From positions 34,722,001 through 34,786,000 of the forward strand of contig NC_086108.1 of assembly GCF_963921235.1 (NCBI RefSeq): DNA of 64,000 nt, read 5' to 3'. The stretch is from Mobula hypostoma. Taxonomy: Eukaryota. Of the stretch, positions 11,193 through 23,659 are shown piece by piece (the stretch's first letter is position 1; every line of letters begins with the position of its first letter). Both the position numbers and the translations under genes were made by a program. A model generated the notes under the pieces. That model was not told where the DNA came from. It made no database searches and saw only the letters and a list, made by a program, of their open reading frames with translations.

Positions 11193-11869
11193 TCTTCTTC
11201 GAGGGCTTGATTGGATGTGGTAAAGGTGTTTCATGCGGTCAAGGAGCCATTTAGGACTGAAATAAGAATTGTTTGGATGACTGAGACACGGCAGCATTTT
11301 TACCTCTGAGGTGTCTCAATCATTGACTGCTTTACTAGATTACTGGAGAAAGGAATCTTGGAACAGGGTGGAAAATAATGTTGAATTTGATCAGCAAATA
11401 ATCTTATTAAAATAAAGATCTGGCTCGAGGGATCAAGTGGCCTAATGCTGCTAATTTCTAAATTTTCTCTGGACAGATGCTGTCTGAGTTTCTATTTCTA
11501 GCATCTTTTATAGTTTCTATTGAAGATTTCCAAAATATGCCATCTTTTGGCTTTTTGATTGAGGTGTTCTTGCGTCAACCAGAAGTTGATAGCTGGTTTA
11601 TTATATACATCGATTTATTGCTGAGATTTTCCTGTGGAGAAGCCCCTTGCGTGATGACACTCCTATTTTTAAGGAAGTGTCTTTTTGAGATGTTTATTGG
11701 CACATCACCAACAAAGGAAATCTTTTTGCATCAACTATGTTTACAGGTAATCAGAAGCTTTCCGCAGGCTGTTGGTATGAAAATAATAGCATTTGAATGA
11801 ATGTTTATTTCCAGTGTGGAAATAAACCATGGGCTCTGTTGACTCCCTTTCACAAAACGTGACTGTTTG

Positions 11870-12648
11870 AGGGAGAGCCTCTGAACTTCTGCTACTGTAG
11901 GGGCCTATAATCTGCATTTTGGTGCTGTGTTTTCAGGGCATTTGAACGATCTGGCGCTTTGCTGTCTCCAAAAGGGTTTCATGAGCTTTTGGGCAAAGGG
12001 TGCAGCCTCGGGGCCAAGAAACCTGGAGATCAGGCGCGAGTCCACGATTGACTCCATTTTTCACCAATCTTGCCAAGCTTCGAGGAAGATTGAAATCTTC
12101 AAGGAGTGAGCGGAAGGCAAGCAGGTGCTCAGCACTGTCTACTACCTCTCGCTCGCTGCTGCCAGAAGAAGGTGTCTGAAGGTGACGGTCTCACTCGCCT
12201 CTCGCTTGCTGCCTCCAGTGGAAAGTCCCTGCATTCAAATGGTCTCTGCTGGAGGATTGTGCTGGAGTCCTGGGTCTTAGGCAAGGTTTAATCGACAAGG
12301 TTTGTGGATTGTAGTCTGTAGTTCATGTTGAGGTGTGTTTCTGGCTGCTGGTCGGTCCTCTTTTAGTTGCTATTTTGGGCAATTTTGATGGGAGCGACCT
12401 GCAGATGGTGAGTGATACAGTGTTAGGTAGGACTGAATTGAATATGCCCGGACTGTTCCTTTTTTGTGTTTTATATTCTGTGTTTTTCACTTGTGTTTTT
12501 GGTGTTTACTTGATTTAATTTTGTTCTGCATGCTGGGGGGAGGTGTTTGATGGCTTTCTTTATTTCATGGCTGTCTGTGGAAAGATGAATCTCAGGGTTG
12601 TATACTCTAAACATGCTTTGATAATAAATGCACTTTGAACTTTGAACT
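11870..12648 (+). mobile_element. Non-autonomous retroposon with Rex1-like 3' tail
   Basis: Ends GAATCTCAGGGTTGTATA...ATAATAAATGCACTTTGAACTTTGAAC, a tail shared with Rex1 copies ending near 28400 and 57460. The 5' boundary is uncertain. Confidence 0.55.
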
Positions 12649-12847
12649 CATCCCAGAGTCCACAGAATGCTCACAGGCCAAACATTCTCATGGAGGTCTC
12701 TTCACTTTTGAGCCTCAGTCTGTGTGTGTTCCATTATCACCTTGTGTCCATTCTCTGAGATTCCTTCGAATATCAGCATTATCTTCTTATCTTTCACAAC
12801 TTAAAAAAAAGTACTCAGCATTTGTTTCTTTGAATTTATCTATTTTG

Positions 12848-13262
12848 GTGGGCAGCACAGTAGTTAACGGTTAGTGCAGTCACTTCACGGTGCCATTGAT
12901 AACTAATGAGGGTTCGATTCCTGCCACCGTCTGGAGACAGTCTGTATGTTCTCCCGGTCACCATGTGGCTCCAAAGACGTATGGATTCGGGTTAGTGAGT
13001 TGTGGGCATGCTGTATCAGCGCCAGATGCATGGCAACATTTGCAGGCTGCCCCAAGTACAATCCTCACTGGATTGACTTGCCACAAATGAGGCATTTCAC
13101 TGTAGGTTTTACAAACACGAGAAAACCTACAGATGCTGGAAGTCCAAAGCAACACACACATAATGCTGGAAGAGCTGGTTTGCATGGATGCTGTCACCCT
13201 GCTGACTTCCTGCAGCATTTTATGTATGTATGTTCTGATGTACATCTGGCAAATAAAGCTCT
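12848..13262 (+). mobile_element. tRNA-derived SINE interrupted by a PLE fold-back
   Basis: B box GGTTCGATTCC at ~12911; tail GATGTACATCTGGCAAATAAAGC. Confidence 0.65.
13113..13228. mobile_element. PLE 3' end fold-back insertion
   Basis: A minus-strand terminus is joined to a plus-strand GATGCTG...GCAGCATTTTATGT. Confidence 0.65.
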
Positions 13263-13370
13263 TTAATATGTGTCCTATTGAAGCCTCTTCACTGTTCACA
13301 ATTCTGCCAGCTTCTTCATCAGCAAAGCTGGGAGTATGACATTGACGTTGATTTAAGACAAAATATCCTG

Positions 13371-13761
13371 AGGTGGCAGGTGGTGACATGTCTCTATCAA
13401 AGGGGGTGTGAGGCGCCCTGTCCCTCCGCTAGCCTGCAGGTCACCCTTGGGCGAGGTGTAGCACCTGCTTACTCCCCCTCCCCCAGTCAGGGTCACATGA
13501 AGCCATGGGAGCAGGTGCTGGATGGCCGTATGAGCAGCCGGTGCAGATCACAAGTCCTGGTTATGCGACCGCTGACACCAGGCAGACAATCGCTGAAGAG
13601 TATTGATGATGGCTGGGGTCACCCATCTCGTTAAGACACTGCCTGGAGGAAGGCAATGGCAAATCACTAATGTTCAAAAGTTTGCCAAGAACAATCATGG
13701 TCATAGGCCATGATCACTCACGTCATACGACATGGCTCATAAGGATAATGATAATGATGAT
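13371..13761 (+). mobile_element. RTE-derived non-autonomous element with (GAT)n tail, copy 1
   Basis: Contains GGAGGAAGGCAATGGCAAA, resembling the Bov-A/RTE 5' motif; three homologous copies in the window. Confidence 0.7.
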
Positions 13762-14289
13762 CCTACAAGGATGGCAGTATTAATTGACACTAATTAAAAT
13801 CAGCATTGTTGGTGTCCATCACTTACCACAATGTTTCAGAGCAGTGAAAGCCTGTAGATGAACTTCTCGCAGCTGCCCTGAGTTAACTGTGCTGACAGTT
13901 GTCTGCCAGTCATTAAAGGTACACTCACACCACACCACCCCACCAGTACGTTTTGTAGCTGTTGAGGAGTGCTGCTTTCTTATAGATGGCCATGGCTTGT
14001 GATTCGTAAGGATAAGGAGTGAGCTCCCAGGTTTACTGAGAGGGGTCTGGAGAGGCTCTCCATCTGACCACATCACTTTGCAAGACGGATGTCCAAAGGG
14101 GCCATGGTAATGCTTGAGCTCTCATAGACAGCACTGACTGGTTATTTTCAGGAGAACATTAGCTCAAACCAGTGGCCAGTGGTAGAACGTGTAATGAACT
14201 TGCTAGATCATTCAAGGTGGGTCCTTCCCAAATTATTTTATTTTATAACTCCATCCTTGCCCTCACTTCCATTCATAACCTGCCAACAT

Positions 14290-14492
14290 CAGGGAGAGAT
14301 TACAAATGGCCAATTAACCTACTGATGCGCACGCCTTTGGGATTTGGGCGGAAACTAAGGTACCCAGGTGATGTTCGCGTGGTCGCAGGGAGATTGTGCA
14401 GACTGCACACAGACTCTACCCGAGGTCAGGATTGAACCTGAGTCGCTGGAGCTGTGAGACAGCCACTTTTAGCTGGGCTGCTTTGCCACCAC
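14290..14492 (-). mobile_element. V-domain-type tRNA SINE
   Basis: Reverse B box (GGATTGAACC) and V-like core. Confidence 0.6.
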
Positions 14493-14759
14493 TGGTATGG
14501 GCAGTGATCAACCACCTGAGCAAGTGATGGCCCTTCTTGCCCTGTTCTTCTCCAGGTCGATGAGTGGTAAGCTGTGTTCTGGCTTAAAAATGAAGGAGCT
14601 GTGAAAGTAGCCAGTGTAGTGGAAATGGATCATCGGAACAGTCATCTGCTGTCCAATTGGAGGGTGGAAAAATGGATTATCCTGCAATTAATATTTGTGC
14701 ATCACAATGGGAGTTAAGGCCTCGTGTAGTTGCTGGGCAGCTGCAGTTTAGGGACATAG

Positions 14760-15120
14760 GTCTCCTATCACTTCCCTCCTCCCTCTGTTTCCGTCTGCCC
14801 ATCATCCCCCCTGACGTGGTCTATTCACCACCTTCCTTTCTTACCGGGTTACATAATCTCTTTGTTGTCTCTACCAATCACCTCCCCTCCACTGCTGTAA
14901 CTACCTCTGCCCCCCCACCAGAATCTGTCCATTATATTGCCAGCTCCTGCCTCACCCCTCCTCCTCACCTCTTTATGTTGCCACTCTCCCCTTTATACTC
15001 TCAGTCCTGACGCGGGGTCTGGGCCTGGGCCTGGGCCTGAGCATCGAGAGTCTGTTTTCCTCCATAGATGCTGTGTTCCTGCAGCAGTTTGTAGGTGTAG
15101 ATCCCAGCATCAGCGGTGAC
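14760..15120 (+). mobile_element. PLE 3'UTR remnant with degenerate hammerhead
   Basis: Pyrimidine-rich tract, then CAGTC-CTGACGC...(CTGGGC)x3...CCATAGATGCTG. Confidence 0.6.
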
Positions 15121-15204
15121 TTGTATCTGCACTTTGTGTGATAACATCTCTGGTAGAAAATGCCTTTGGGCTGCCATAATGGTGGAGGTCTTACGCTGGA
15201 GGTT

Positions 15205-16030
15205 ATTTAGCAGATGACACCAAGATTGGGGGCGTAAACAGCAAAAAAAAGATAACAAAGCTTACAGTGAGATTTGGACTGGCTAAAAAATGGCAAAATG
15301 AATTTAATACAGACAAGTGTAAGGTGTTGCATTGGAAGGCCAAACCAGGGTAGAACCTGCACAGTGAACAGTAGGGTATTGAGGAGTGCAGTAGAATTAA
15401 GGGATCTGTGAATGCAGATCTGTAATTCCTTGAAAGTGCCATCACTGATAGATATGGTAATTAAGAGAGCTGATGACTCATTGGCCTTCATAAATCGAAG
15501 TATTGAGTACAGGAGTTGGGATGTTATGTTGAAGTTGAGTAAGATGTTGGTGAGGTCAAATTTTGAAGGCAGTTCTGGTCATCTACTGTACCTACAGGAC
15601 AGCTATCAAAAAGATTGAAAGAGTTCAGAGAACATTTATAAGGATGTTGCTGGGACAAGAGGACCTGAGTTATAGGGAAAGGCTGAATAAGTTAGGAGAA
15701 TTCCCTGGAGTATAGGAGAATGATGGGAGATTTGACAGAGGTATACAAAATTATGAGGGGTATAGATACGGTAAATGCCAGCAGGCGTTTTCCACTGATG
15801 TTGGGTGAGACTAAAACTAGAGTTTATAGGTTAAGGGTGAAAGGTGAAATATTTGAGGGGAATCTGAGGGGGAGTGTCTTCAGTCAGCAGGTGGAACAAG
15901 AGTGGGATGATGTGCCAGCAAGGTGGTGGATGTGGGTTTGATTGCAGCGTTTAAGAGAAGTTTGATAGATACATGGATGGAAGGGATATGGAGGGCTGTG
16001 GTCCAGGTGTGGGTCAATGGAATAAGGCAG
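15205..16030 (+). mobile_element. Old CR1 3' fragment
   Basis: Decayed ADDTK region, LAFINRSIEYRS and GDLTEVYKIMRG. Confidence 0.8.
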
Positions 16031-16192
16031 AATAACAGATCAGAGCCTGAGGCTGTGAGTGAGGGTGTCTGTGACTTTGACTGTGAAACTCACACAGGTG
16101 TCTGTGCAAGTCTGTATGAAGGTTGCAGTTATGGGCAAGTGCCACCTTATGGGCGTGCAGCCCAGGTAAACAATGCACCTCTGAGTCTGCCT

Positions 16193-16400
16193 GGCCAGCG
16201 AGTGGCATAGTGGCATCAGCCCTGGACTTAGGAGCGAAGGCTCCCGAGTTCAAATCCAGCTGGCTCCCTTGCACGCTTTCCATCCGTGCTGGGTTCAGTC
16301 TTGTAAAAATAAGAAAGCCTGCTTAAAACAAAAAGCCGTCATGACGGCGTCCTGATGACTCCACTCGGAGTTAAGGGCTTTCTTCTTCTTCTTCTTCTTT
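16193..16400 (+). mobile_element. Complete tRNA-derived SINE with (TTC)n tail and 11-bp TSD
   Basis: A box TGGCATAGTGG (16203-16213); B box GAGTTCAAATCC (16246-16257); TSD TGAGTCTGCCT at 16182-16192 and 16401-16411. Confidence 0.88.
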
Positions 16401-16609
16401 TGAGTCTGCCTCCCTTGGTCCATGGGGTGTTGTGTTCTGAGCCCTTTTTACACATCCTGTGATGTTGTCCCTATGGAGACATCTTTTGCTGATCCACATC
16501 ATTCAGGTAGAAGAGGATCAGGTTGAGGTAGATGAACATTAGAATAGAAGTATTTGAGGGTGTGAAAAAGGGTCAGTCTTCAGTGTGACCAGTGTGTATA
16601 TTTTTTTGA

Positions 16610-16716
16610 AGCAACACAAAAAATGCTGGAGGAATTCAGCAGGTCGGGCACTGTTAATGGTGAGAATTGGACAGTCAATGTTTGAGTTGAGACCCCTCTG
16701 AGTCCTGATGAAGGGC
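16610..16716. mobile_element. PLE fold-back remnant
   Basis: The minus arm ends in ribozyme stem II and is followed by plus-strand AGTCCTGATGAAGGG. Confidence 0.6.
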
Positions 16717-17339
16717 ATGCTGATAACGCCAGAGGTCAGGATTGAATCCCGGTCTCTGGAGCTCTAAAACAGCAGCTCAGCCATCTGTGCCACCATGCAA
16801 GAATGTGCTGTCATATATAGAATGCAGCAGTCAGATAATAAAAGTGGTTTGAATGTGAATGACCCTTTCTCTCTATTTTAAGGTTTCCTTTGCAAAATGT
16901 ACTTGTGTTGCATGAGTTATGACAGTCAGTATTTATTGAATGTGCTTGAAAAATTCCGGGCCTTGTACTACTCGGACGCTTTACGCTGGATAAACAACAC
17001 TTGTAAACATAAAAACCTTGTCCGCCGTGAACAGTTGACGCCATTAACCAGCGCCAAGCTAGCTCAAAATTTGCTGAAAATTGCTTCACTCCATGCCGAT
17101 ATGAGTTTGAACATCATTGCGCTGATTATTTTGGGAGAGTGCAAATTAATTTGCAGTCCATTCTGTCTCAAATAGGTCAGTCAAACACCCCTTCTTATTT
17201 CAACACAGAGAGAGGGTCTTCAACCATCAAGGCCCTACTGGTTTTCAGCAGAGACGTTCCGAGAATTTTTTTTCTCTTTAAAACTCTCTCACATGCCTAT
17301 CAACTTCCCTTTGTGATTTTATGCCACTTACCTCAACAA

Positions 17340-17800
17340 TGAGTTAAATTATAGCCGCTAATTAAACGAACAGCATGCCTTTGTGAAGTAGGAGTAAACC
17401 AGAGTAAGACCCATGCAGTTTGAAGGAAGAACGTGGAAACCAACCAGGCGACCCTCTGAGGTTAGGATCGAACCCTGGTGCCCGGATCGCCGTGCTACTG
17501 GGGCTCCTTTCACACCTGCATTATTCTTATAATTGAGTTCAAAGCAAGCAAAAAAGAAAGATGCATAATGGTTAGCTCTGTGTATCGGAGTTCAGAGTTC
17601 AACTGTGACGCCGTCTCTAAGGAGTTTGTACGCTGTTACACGTGGGTTTTCTCCAGGCTCTCCACGGTCCTGGATAGTAGGTTAATTGGTCATTGTAAAT
17701 CATCTTGTGATTAGGCTAGGGTTAAACAGGTGGCTTGCAGGGCAGTGTGCTCATTGGACCAGAAGGTCCTGTTCCCCACTGTATCTCTAAATAAAATAAA
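17340..17800. mobile_element. Two V-type SINE fragments (17340-17500 minus, ~17590-17800 plus)
   Basis: B-box-like GGATCGAACCC (minus); GGGTTTTCTCCAGG core and (TAAA)n tail (plus). Confidence 0.6.
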
Positions 17801-18074
17801 CAGATCCGCTGGCTTGAAATGCTTGCAGCAGCGTGCAGCAGGTTGTCCTCTGAGTTGTGGAGACTTGAGGAGCATTCTGTAGGGTTTGCGTCCCTGGTGA
17901 TGCTGCTGTGGGGAGAATCAGGATCATGAGGAGAGCCATGAGAAGGCACATCCAGTTTGGAAAGGTAGCTCACTGCACCATTGAGGGCTTGGAAAATGAC
18001 AGAAGGAAGGAGAAAGAAGATTGAAAGCACTAGACGAGCCTCAATAGCTGGCAACAGGATTTCTGAAGGGGTCG

Positions 18075-18460
18075 TCATCATCATTATCATCACTATGTGT
18101 GTGTCGTATGACATGGGCGATCATGGTCTCTGTGACCATGATTATTCTGGGCAACTTTTTCAACAGAAATAGTTTGCCATTGCCTTCTTCTGGGCAGTGT
18201 CTTTACAAGACGGGTGAGCTCAGCCATCATCAATACTCTCCAGAGATCGTCTGCCTGGCGTCAGTGGTCGCATAACCAGGACTTGTGATGTGCACCAGCT
18301 GCTCATACGACCATCCACCACCTGGTCCCACGGCTCCACGTGACCCTGAGTGGGGGCTAAGCAGGGGCTACACCTTGGCCAAGGGTGACCTCCAGGCTAA
18401 GGGATGGAGTCAGCACCTTACACCTCCTTTGATGGAGATGTATCCCCACCCCACCACCCA
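18075..18460 (-). mobile_element. RTE-derived non-autonomous element, copy 2
   Basis: Reverse-complement homolog of 13371-13761. Confidence 0.72.
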
Positions 18461-20689
18461 TCTGAAGGAGTAGGACTCTGAAAGAAGAGACAAATGCTCT
18501 TGGCAGTTCCTGATCGTGGCATGTCAGCTAAACGGGACATTCTGTAGATAATCCATTTCCCACCATTCCTTATTAAAGTTTCTATTTTTCTCTATATTTT
18601 TAAGAAGACTCAACTCATGTGTTTTTCTTTAAATGAGTTATACCAAAGATGCAACCTTGATTTGTGTTAATTATTTACCACAACCTATAGAACTATTCTT
18701 TATTGGGGGCAGTCATAGTTTCTTTGCATTTTTTTCATTGCCTGGAAGCCAAATTACTGGTAAATAGATTACTCAAAGAAAAAGGAATTTTCAAACATAG
18801 TTAATGGTTATTCAAATATAAAGACCTTACATTTTGTAATTATGCTCTGAGTTTCCAGATTGATACTGTGCTGTGTGCACACATATATTCTCTGATAGAG
18901 TGCATTCTAATATTGTTACAGTTCCAAGTGTGTCTTCTGTTATCTAAGGCATCACATATATAACGGGCCAGGTTCTCTGATGACTTGCAAGCCGCCTGGG
19001 CTTCAGAGTCCCATATTTGATCTTCAGTGGGAGGCTAACTCCCAGATAACTGACCCTCGAGTCATTAGTGTCCTTAGCAGCCAATGAAGCCCAGTGCTAT
19101 TCTTCTGAGAAGTTCTTCTGAAACCCATTCTCTAGAGAGCTTGGGGTCGCACACGTGGCACTGCTGTGTTGTTGGGCAGCTGATCGGAACATAAACAAAC
19201 TCCTTTTGGAGTCCTGTGAAATTACATTCAGAAAGGCGTGAGAAGAGCCCTCTGTAACGGAATGGTGGTGGGTGTGGGTAGTGGGTAGTGGTGTCATGTG
19301 TAGAGGTAGGGGTCTAAGCAATAGTAGGCGGACAGCCTCAGGAGAATGTGTAACTGATAAATTGTGCTTTTAACATTGATTGCTAAAGAGTGGCTATAAA
19401 ATGGCTTAAAAATGCCTGTTGGCTAAAATATATCTTAAGAACTAAGAACGAATTATATAATGGCTTATTAAAATAACAAAAGTCGTTAGCTAAAATCTAA
19501 CTTAAGAACTATTTGTATAATGAATTAAACAATTGCCTAGTTTCTCAGAAACTATGGGCAACTCCACTGTATGCCTGATTTCGTCTGTAATCTTCTAGTT
19601 GCAATGAATAACTTAGGCCCAATGGAGCGTAAATACTTGTCGCTTTTGATTTGTTTCACTGAGATTGGTAGACTTAAAAAAAAACTGATCAATTTGACTT
19701 CCCATTTTGAACTGTGCAATATACTGGCTTGAAGTAAATGGTTTTGACAACGGAACTGTCATCTTAACCTGGACCTTCTCTACACAGGGTGAGTTGCCTC
19801 TTGCCCTGCAGGTGGTCACGACTAGCCCATCCCACAGGGGAACTGAAGCAAATCCAATTGTCCATTAACTGCCCACTCCAGTTGCAGTAACAACCCCAAG
19901 CCTCTGCTCACTTCTCCCAGTACATCACCCCTGTTCCAAAGAAAGAGCCGACAAAGATACAAAATGATCTTTTCAACCTTCCTGCCCAGAGTAGTTCTCA
20001 CTGGGCAATCTTTTCAGATATTGAGTAAGGATTTGGGTTTTTGTTGACTTTGACCTTATAGGTACAGGTTCAAATTTATCATTCAGCTACCATTTCTTAA
20101 AGGTCAAATCTCAAGTATGAAATTATGTTGCTGTTAGCTGCCAACAAAGTATTACCTCTCTTCAATGCTTTTTTTGTTCTGTTTAGTGTATGTTTTTGTG
20201 TGAATGATGCTTATATGATGCTATGTGCCTGTAGGTTTTCCATTTTACCTATGCTACATACTGTATGTCAATAAACTTGACTTTGACTATTAACTTCCTC
20301 TTAGTTATACAAAGAAAATACTGTAACAGTGAAATTAGATTATCAGCACATTCTGCTTCAGGGCAACACATTCATTTGTTTGTGCTGTGTTGTCATAATC
20401 ATAGTCTGATTTCTCAAATTTCTCTGAAAAGACCCATTTCCACTTGGGTTAAATCCCTCTCTGTTTACAATCTGCACCTCCTGTCCATACATGGAATTTA
20501 TATGATAACTCACTTACTTTATTCAGTAATTTCTAATCACCATTCAATTATTTGTATCCCCATTGTTACAAGCACACCTAATCCTGTCCTATCCATCCTG
20601 CACACGTCCAGTCTCGTGAAGTCACACTTACCACCTTGTCTCTGCCAACATGATAGTTAATGCAGCCTTCCTCTGGGTTAGCTTTCTAA

Positions 20690-21565
20690 GGCTATGTCCA
20701 CACCAGACCCGATAATTATGAAAACGCCGGTTTCGCGTAAAAACGATAGGCATCACACCAGGCGTTTTTGAAGATACCTCCGTCCACATTAGAATGGATA
20801 TTTGGATGAATCTCCTCCAACTGGGCATTCGCAGGTCACACAGAAAACAAGCGAAGAGGAAATGGTATACTTGGAGCGCGTTTGTCCAGTTACAAAATAG
20901 AAAATCTTAAAAGGAAATTGCCAAACGAAAGACTTGGTGCACGTTTGTCCAGAAACATTTCCTACAGCCATAGTCTCTTCACCGATGAAAGGGACAACAG
21001 CTACAAATAAATGCAATAAAGCTTGTTACTGGGCAGAAGTGAAATTTGCTGTTACCTCATTTGTTTGCCTTTACTTTTGCCATGTCGTTGTGCATTACCT
21101 TGCTGTATTTAACATGTGCAATAAAACAAGTTACTGGGCAAAAGTGGCAATTGCATCTATTGAATGTTTGCACAAGCAATACATTAATAAAGCACCTTGT
21201 TAAATGTATAAATCATGTCTGCATCAGTGATATCTTGTATTTCCATACAATGCTACATTAGGATGTTACACATCTATTGTCAGATATTGTTGTGGTGTTG
21301 GAGGTTGTGTTCAAGAAAACAATGAAATGCCTCGCTGCTGCCACCATTTGTTCCGGCACGTCAAGACAGCGTTTTTAAATTTAGCCAGTTACCCCGTACA
21401 CACTGCAACGGCCAACTGGTGTTTTCAGATTTAAACACTCTGGAGAGCGTTTTAGAAAAGCTCCGTTTTCGGGGGAGGAAAATGCTGTTTCAGTGTGGAC
21501 AGAGGGTCAAAACAAAGAGAAAAAGTTTTGGTTACGGATTTATCCGGTCTAGTGTGGACGTAGCC
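20690..21565. mobile_element. Non-autonomous PIF/Harbinger DNA transposon
   Basis: 26-bp TIR GGCTA(T/C)GTCCACAC(C/T)AGACC(C/G)GATAA with 3 mismatches; flanks TAA and TGA (imperfect TNA TSD); no transposase ORF. Confidence 0.85.
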
Positions 21566-21847
21566 TGAGTAACAAGCGGACAACTGATTTGCTTAATGGC
21601 TCTGTACACAAAGGTCTCTGTAAAGAGATTTGCATATTGTTTTAATTCTTCAGCCCTTCCAAAGCTATTTACAAAAGCAAAGATCTTATTGGAGTTAACA
21701 GGAGTGCACATTTACATATGATTTGCAAATCAGATGTACGGTAATTTAACCCTCAACAAAGCATCCCAGCCTGCTTTAGTACAATTTTACAAATATTTTC
21801 TGAGAAAAGACTGAGGGTTTTATTCAATATTGCAGCTGAGGTTTCAG

Positions 21848-22020
21848 ACACATGATTCTGCAGATGCTGGAAATCTTGAGCAACACACATGAAACGCTGG
21901 AGGAATGCAGCAGATGAGGCAGCATCTACAGAAGGGAATAAATAGTCAGTGTTTCGGGTCCAAGACAACTGAACCAAGCCAATGCTGCCTGACCTGCAGA
22001 GTTCCTCCAGTTTTTTGTGT
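21848..22020. mobile_element. PLE head-to-head fold-back remnant
   Basis: The minus arm ends inside ribozyme stem II (GTTTCGGGTCCAAGAC); plus arm ATGCTGCCTGACCTGC...TTTTGTGT. Confidence 0.7.
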
Positions 22021-22669
22021 ATAAGATACGTCCTCCTTGCTGCTTGATGACCATGGGTTTACCTTCAGCAGTTCAATAAAAATTAGAAATATATGAGGAA
22101 AGGTTTGCATGCCCTCCAAGACTGGTGAATTTATTCTCTTGTGTTTGCATAGGCCTTTGGGTGACGTAGTGTTTGGAGAAGAAATTCTTCCTATTCTACA
22201 TACAAGCCTGAGATACAGTCCAGTCTGATTTCCTGCATCGTGCATTGCAAATATGCACTCTTAAGCATTAATGTTGGTTCTGTGACTGATAATCCCTTGT
22301 ACAACACAGACAAATCTCCTCAAAATTGTGCAATAACCTTTAAAAATTCAAGCTTGATAATTTTGCTCTTTAACTCTTGGGCAGAGGATGAATCAAATGA
22401 TAGCTTTCCTGCTTGTCTGTTTCTTTAGTTTAAGATTTTTTGATTGATTTCTCCTTGTTTTGTCTGGCTTGGTGTCTTTTCTTTGAATAGTCTTTATGGT
22501 GTCGGCATTAAAGGCTGCCTGGTTTAAGTGCCTGTTATTGAACAGCGTTCGGTGACATGCCTTGGAGGCAGTGTCTCTCCTTGTTTCAGTTTGATAGCAC
22601 ACAGATCAGAGAGCCAGCGCAACCTTGCTGCCGGCTTGAAAGGTACTCAAAGAACAGCTTTCAGGATTT

Positions 22670-23640
22670 CTCAGTAGGATGTAGATGTCACTGAAGAGGT
22701 GCCATTTTATTTCACAGAAGTTGTTGAGAAGCTGTCGGCTTGAACCAGTGCAACGTAAGGGGTGAAGAACCAGTGCTGTTAGATCGAGAGCGCCGGGATT
22801 TTAATGCCCGCAATGGCAGAGTATCTGTAGAGCAGCATGTGACTTCTATAGGACCTGCAAATGATGGTGTTCCTGTGCGTCTGCTGCACTTGTCCGTCCA
22901 GGTGGGGCTGTGGGTTTGCCAGGTGCTGGTGTAATTGGACGAGGAAGCGTTGAATCCATAGGGTGATGGATTGGGTGCCTCTCAAGCAGGCTGCTTTGTC
23001 CTGAATAGGCTTAAGCTTCTTGAGTGAGGTTGGAGTTAAAATATCCAGTCCCATGGAGAATATTCCATCACAAGGGCGAGCCGTAGCTTGTGAGACAGGG
23101 GAGAAAATTTGGTGATTCTTGAAAGGTATGCACTCTTGAACTTGCTCTTGTGGCTGCAGTTTTTATTTGGCCAGTCATTGCAGGTTTTGCTAAATGATGA
23201 AGACCAAGCCACTGATGATTGGAATGTCATTGAAAGTCATTGTCTGCTTAACTCTCTCTGGAGGTGGCAGTTGTGTTGAACCTGTATGGCTTGAATGTAA
23301 CTTGCTGTTTTATCAGTCACCAGTGTATTGTCCCAGCCTTGACTACCAGTGCAAACTATTTATCTAACGACTTCCAGTCTTGACAGCATGTGCAATATAC
23401 GTACCTGAAACAAATTTGCAATCACTAGCGCCTAGTCTGATCCCAGGATGGAGAGTGGTCGCTGATGAAGCGTAAGATCACTGGCCAGTCCGGTGGCCTG
23501 AGAAACTCACATTAATGTCCTGGACCATACAGCAGTTAACTTGCAATAACCAGTAACTGCCTTTCGTCGTGTTGGGCATGACTTGAGCCCAAAGGAAAGT
23601 TTTCTCTTGATTCTCACTGACAATTTTACTCTACTTTCTT
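22670..23640 (-). mobile_element. Ancient CR1/L2-class LINE fragment
   Basis: Similar to the LINE 3' end at 46440-46820; translation LKPIQDKAACL. Confidence 0.5.
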
Positions 23641-23659
23641 TGCGTTAGTCTTAGATGTT

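Noticed and set aside
11803..11827. Iron-responsive element (CAGTGT loop)
   Set aside because: It lacks the bulged C five pairs below the loop and is not in an evident UTR.
16193..16265. tRNA gene
   Set aside because: It continues into a SINE body, tail and TSD, with no clean cloverleaf.
16350..16380. CTGATGA plus hairpin as a hammerhead
   Set aside because: No GAAA box or NUH/stem I follows; it is more likely the SINE's 3' stem-loop.
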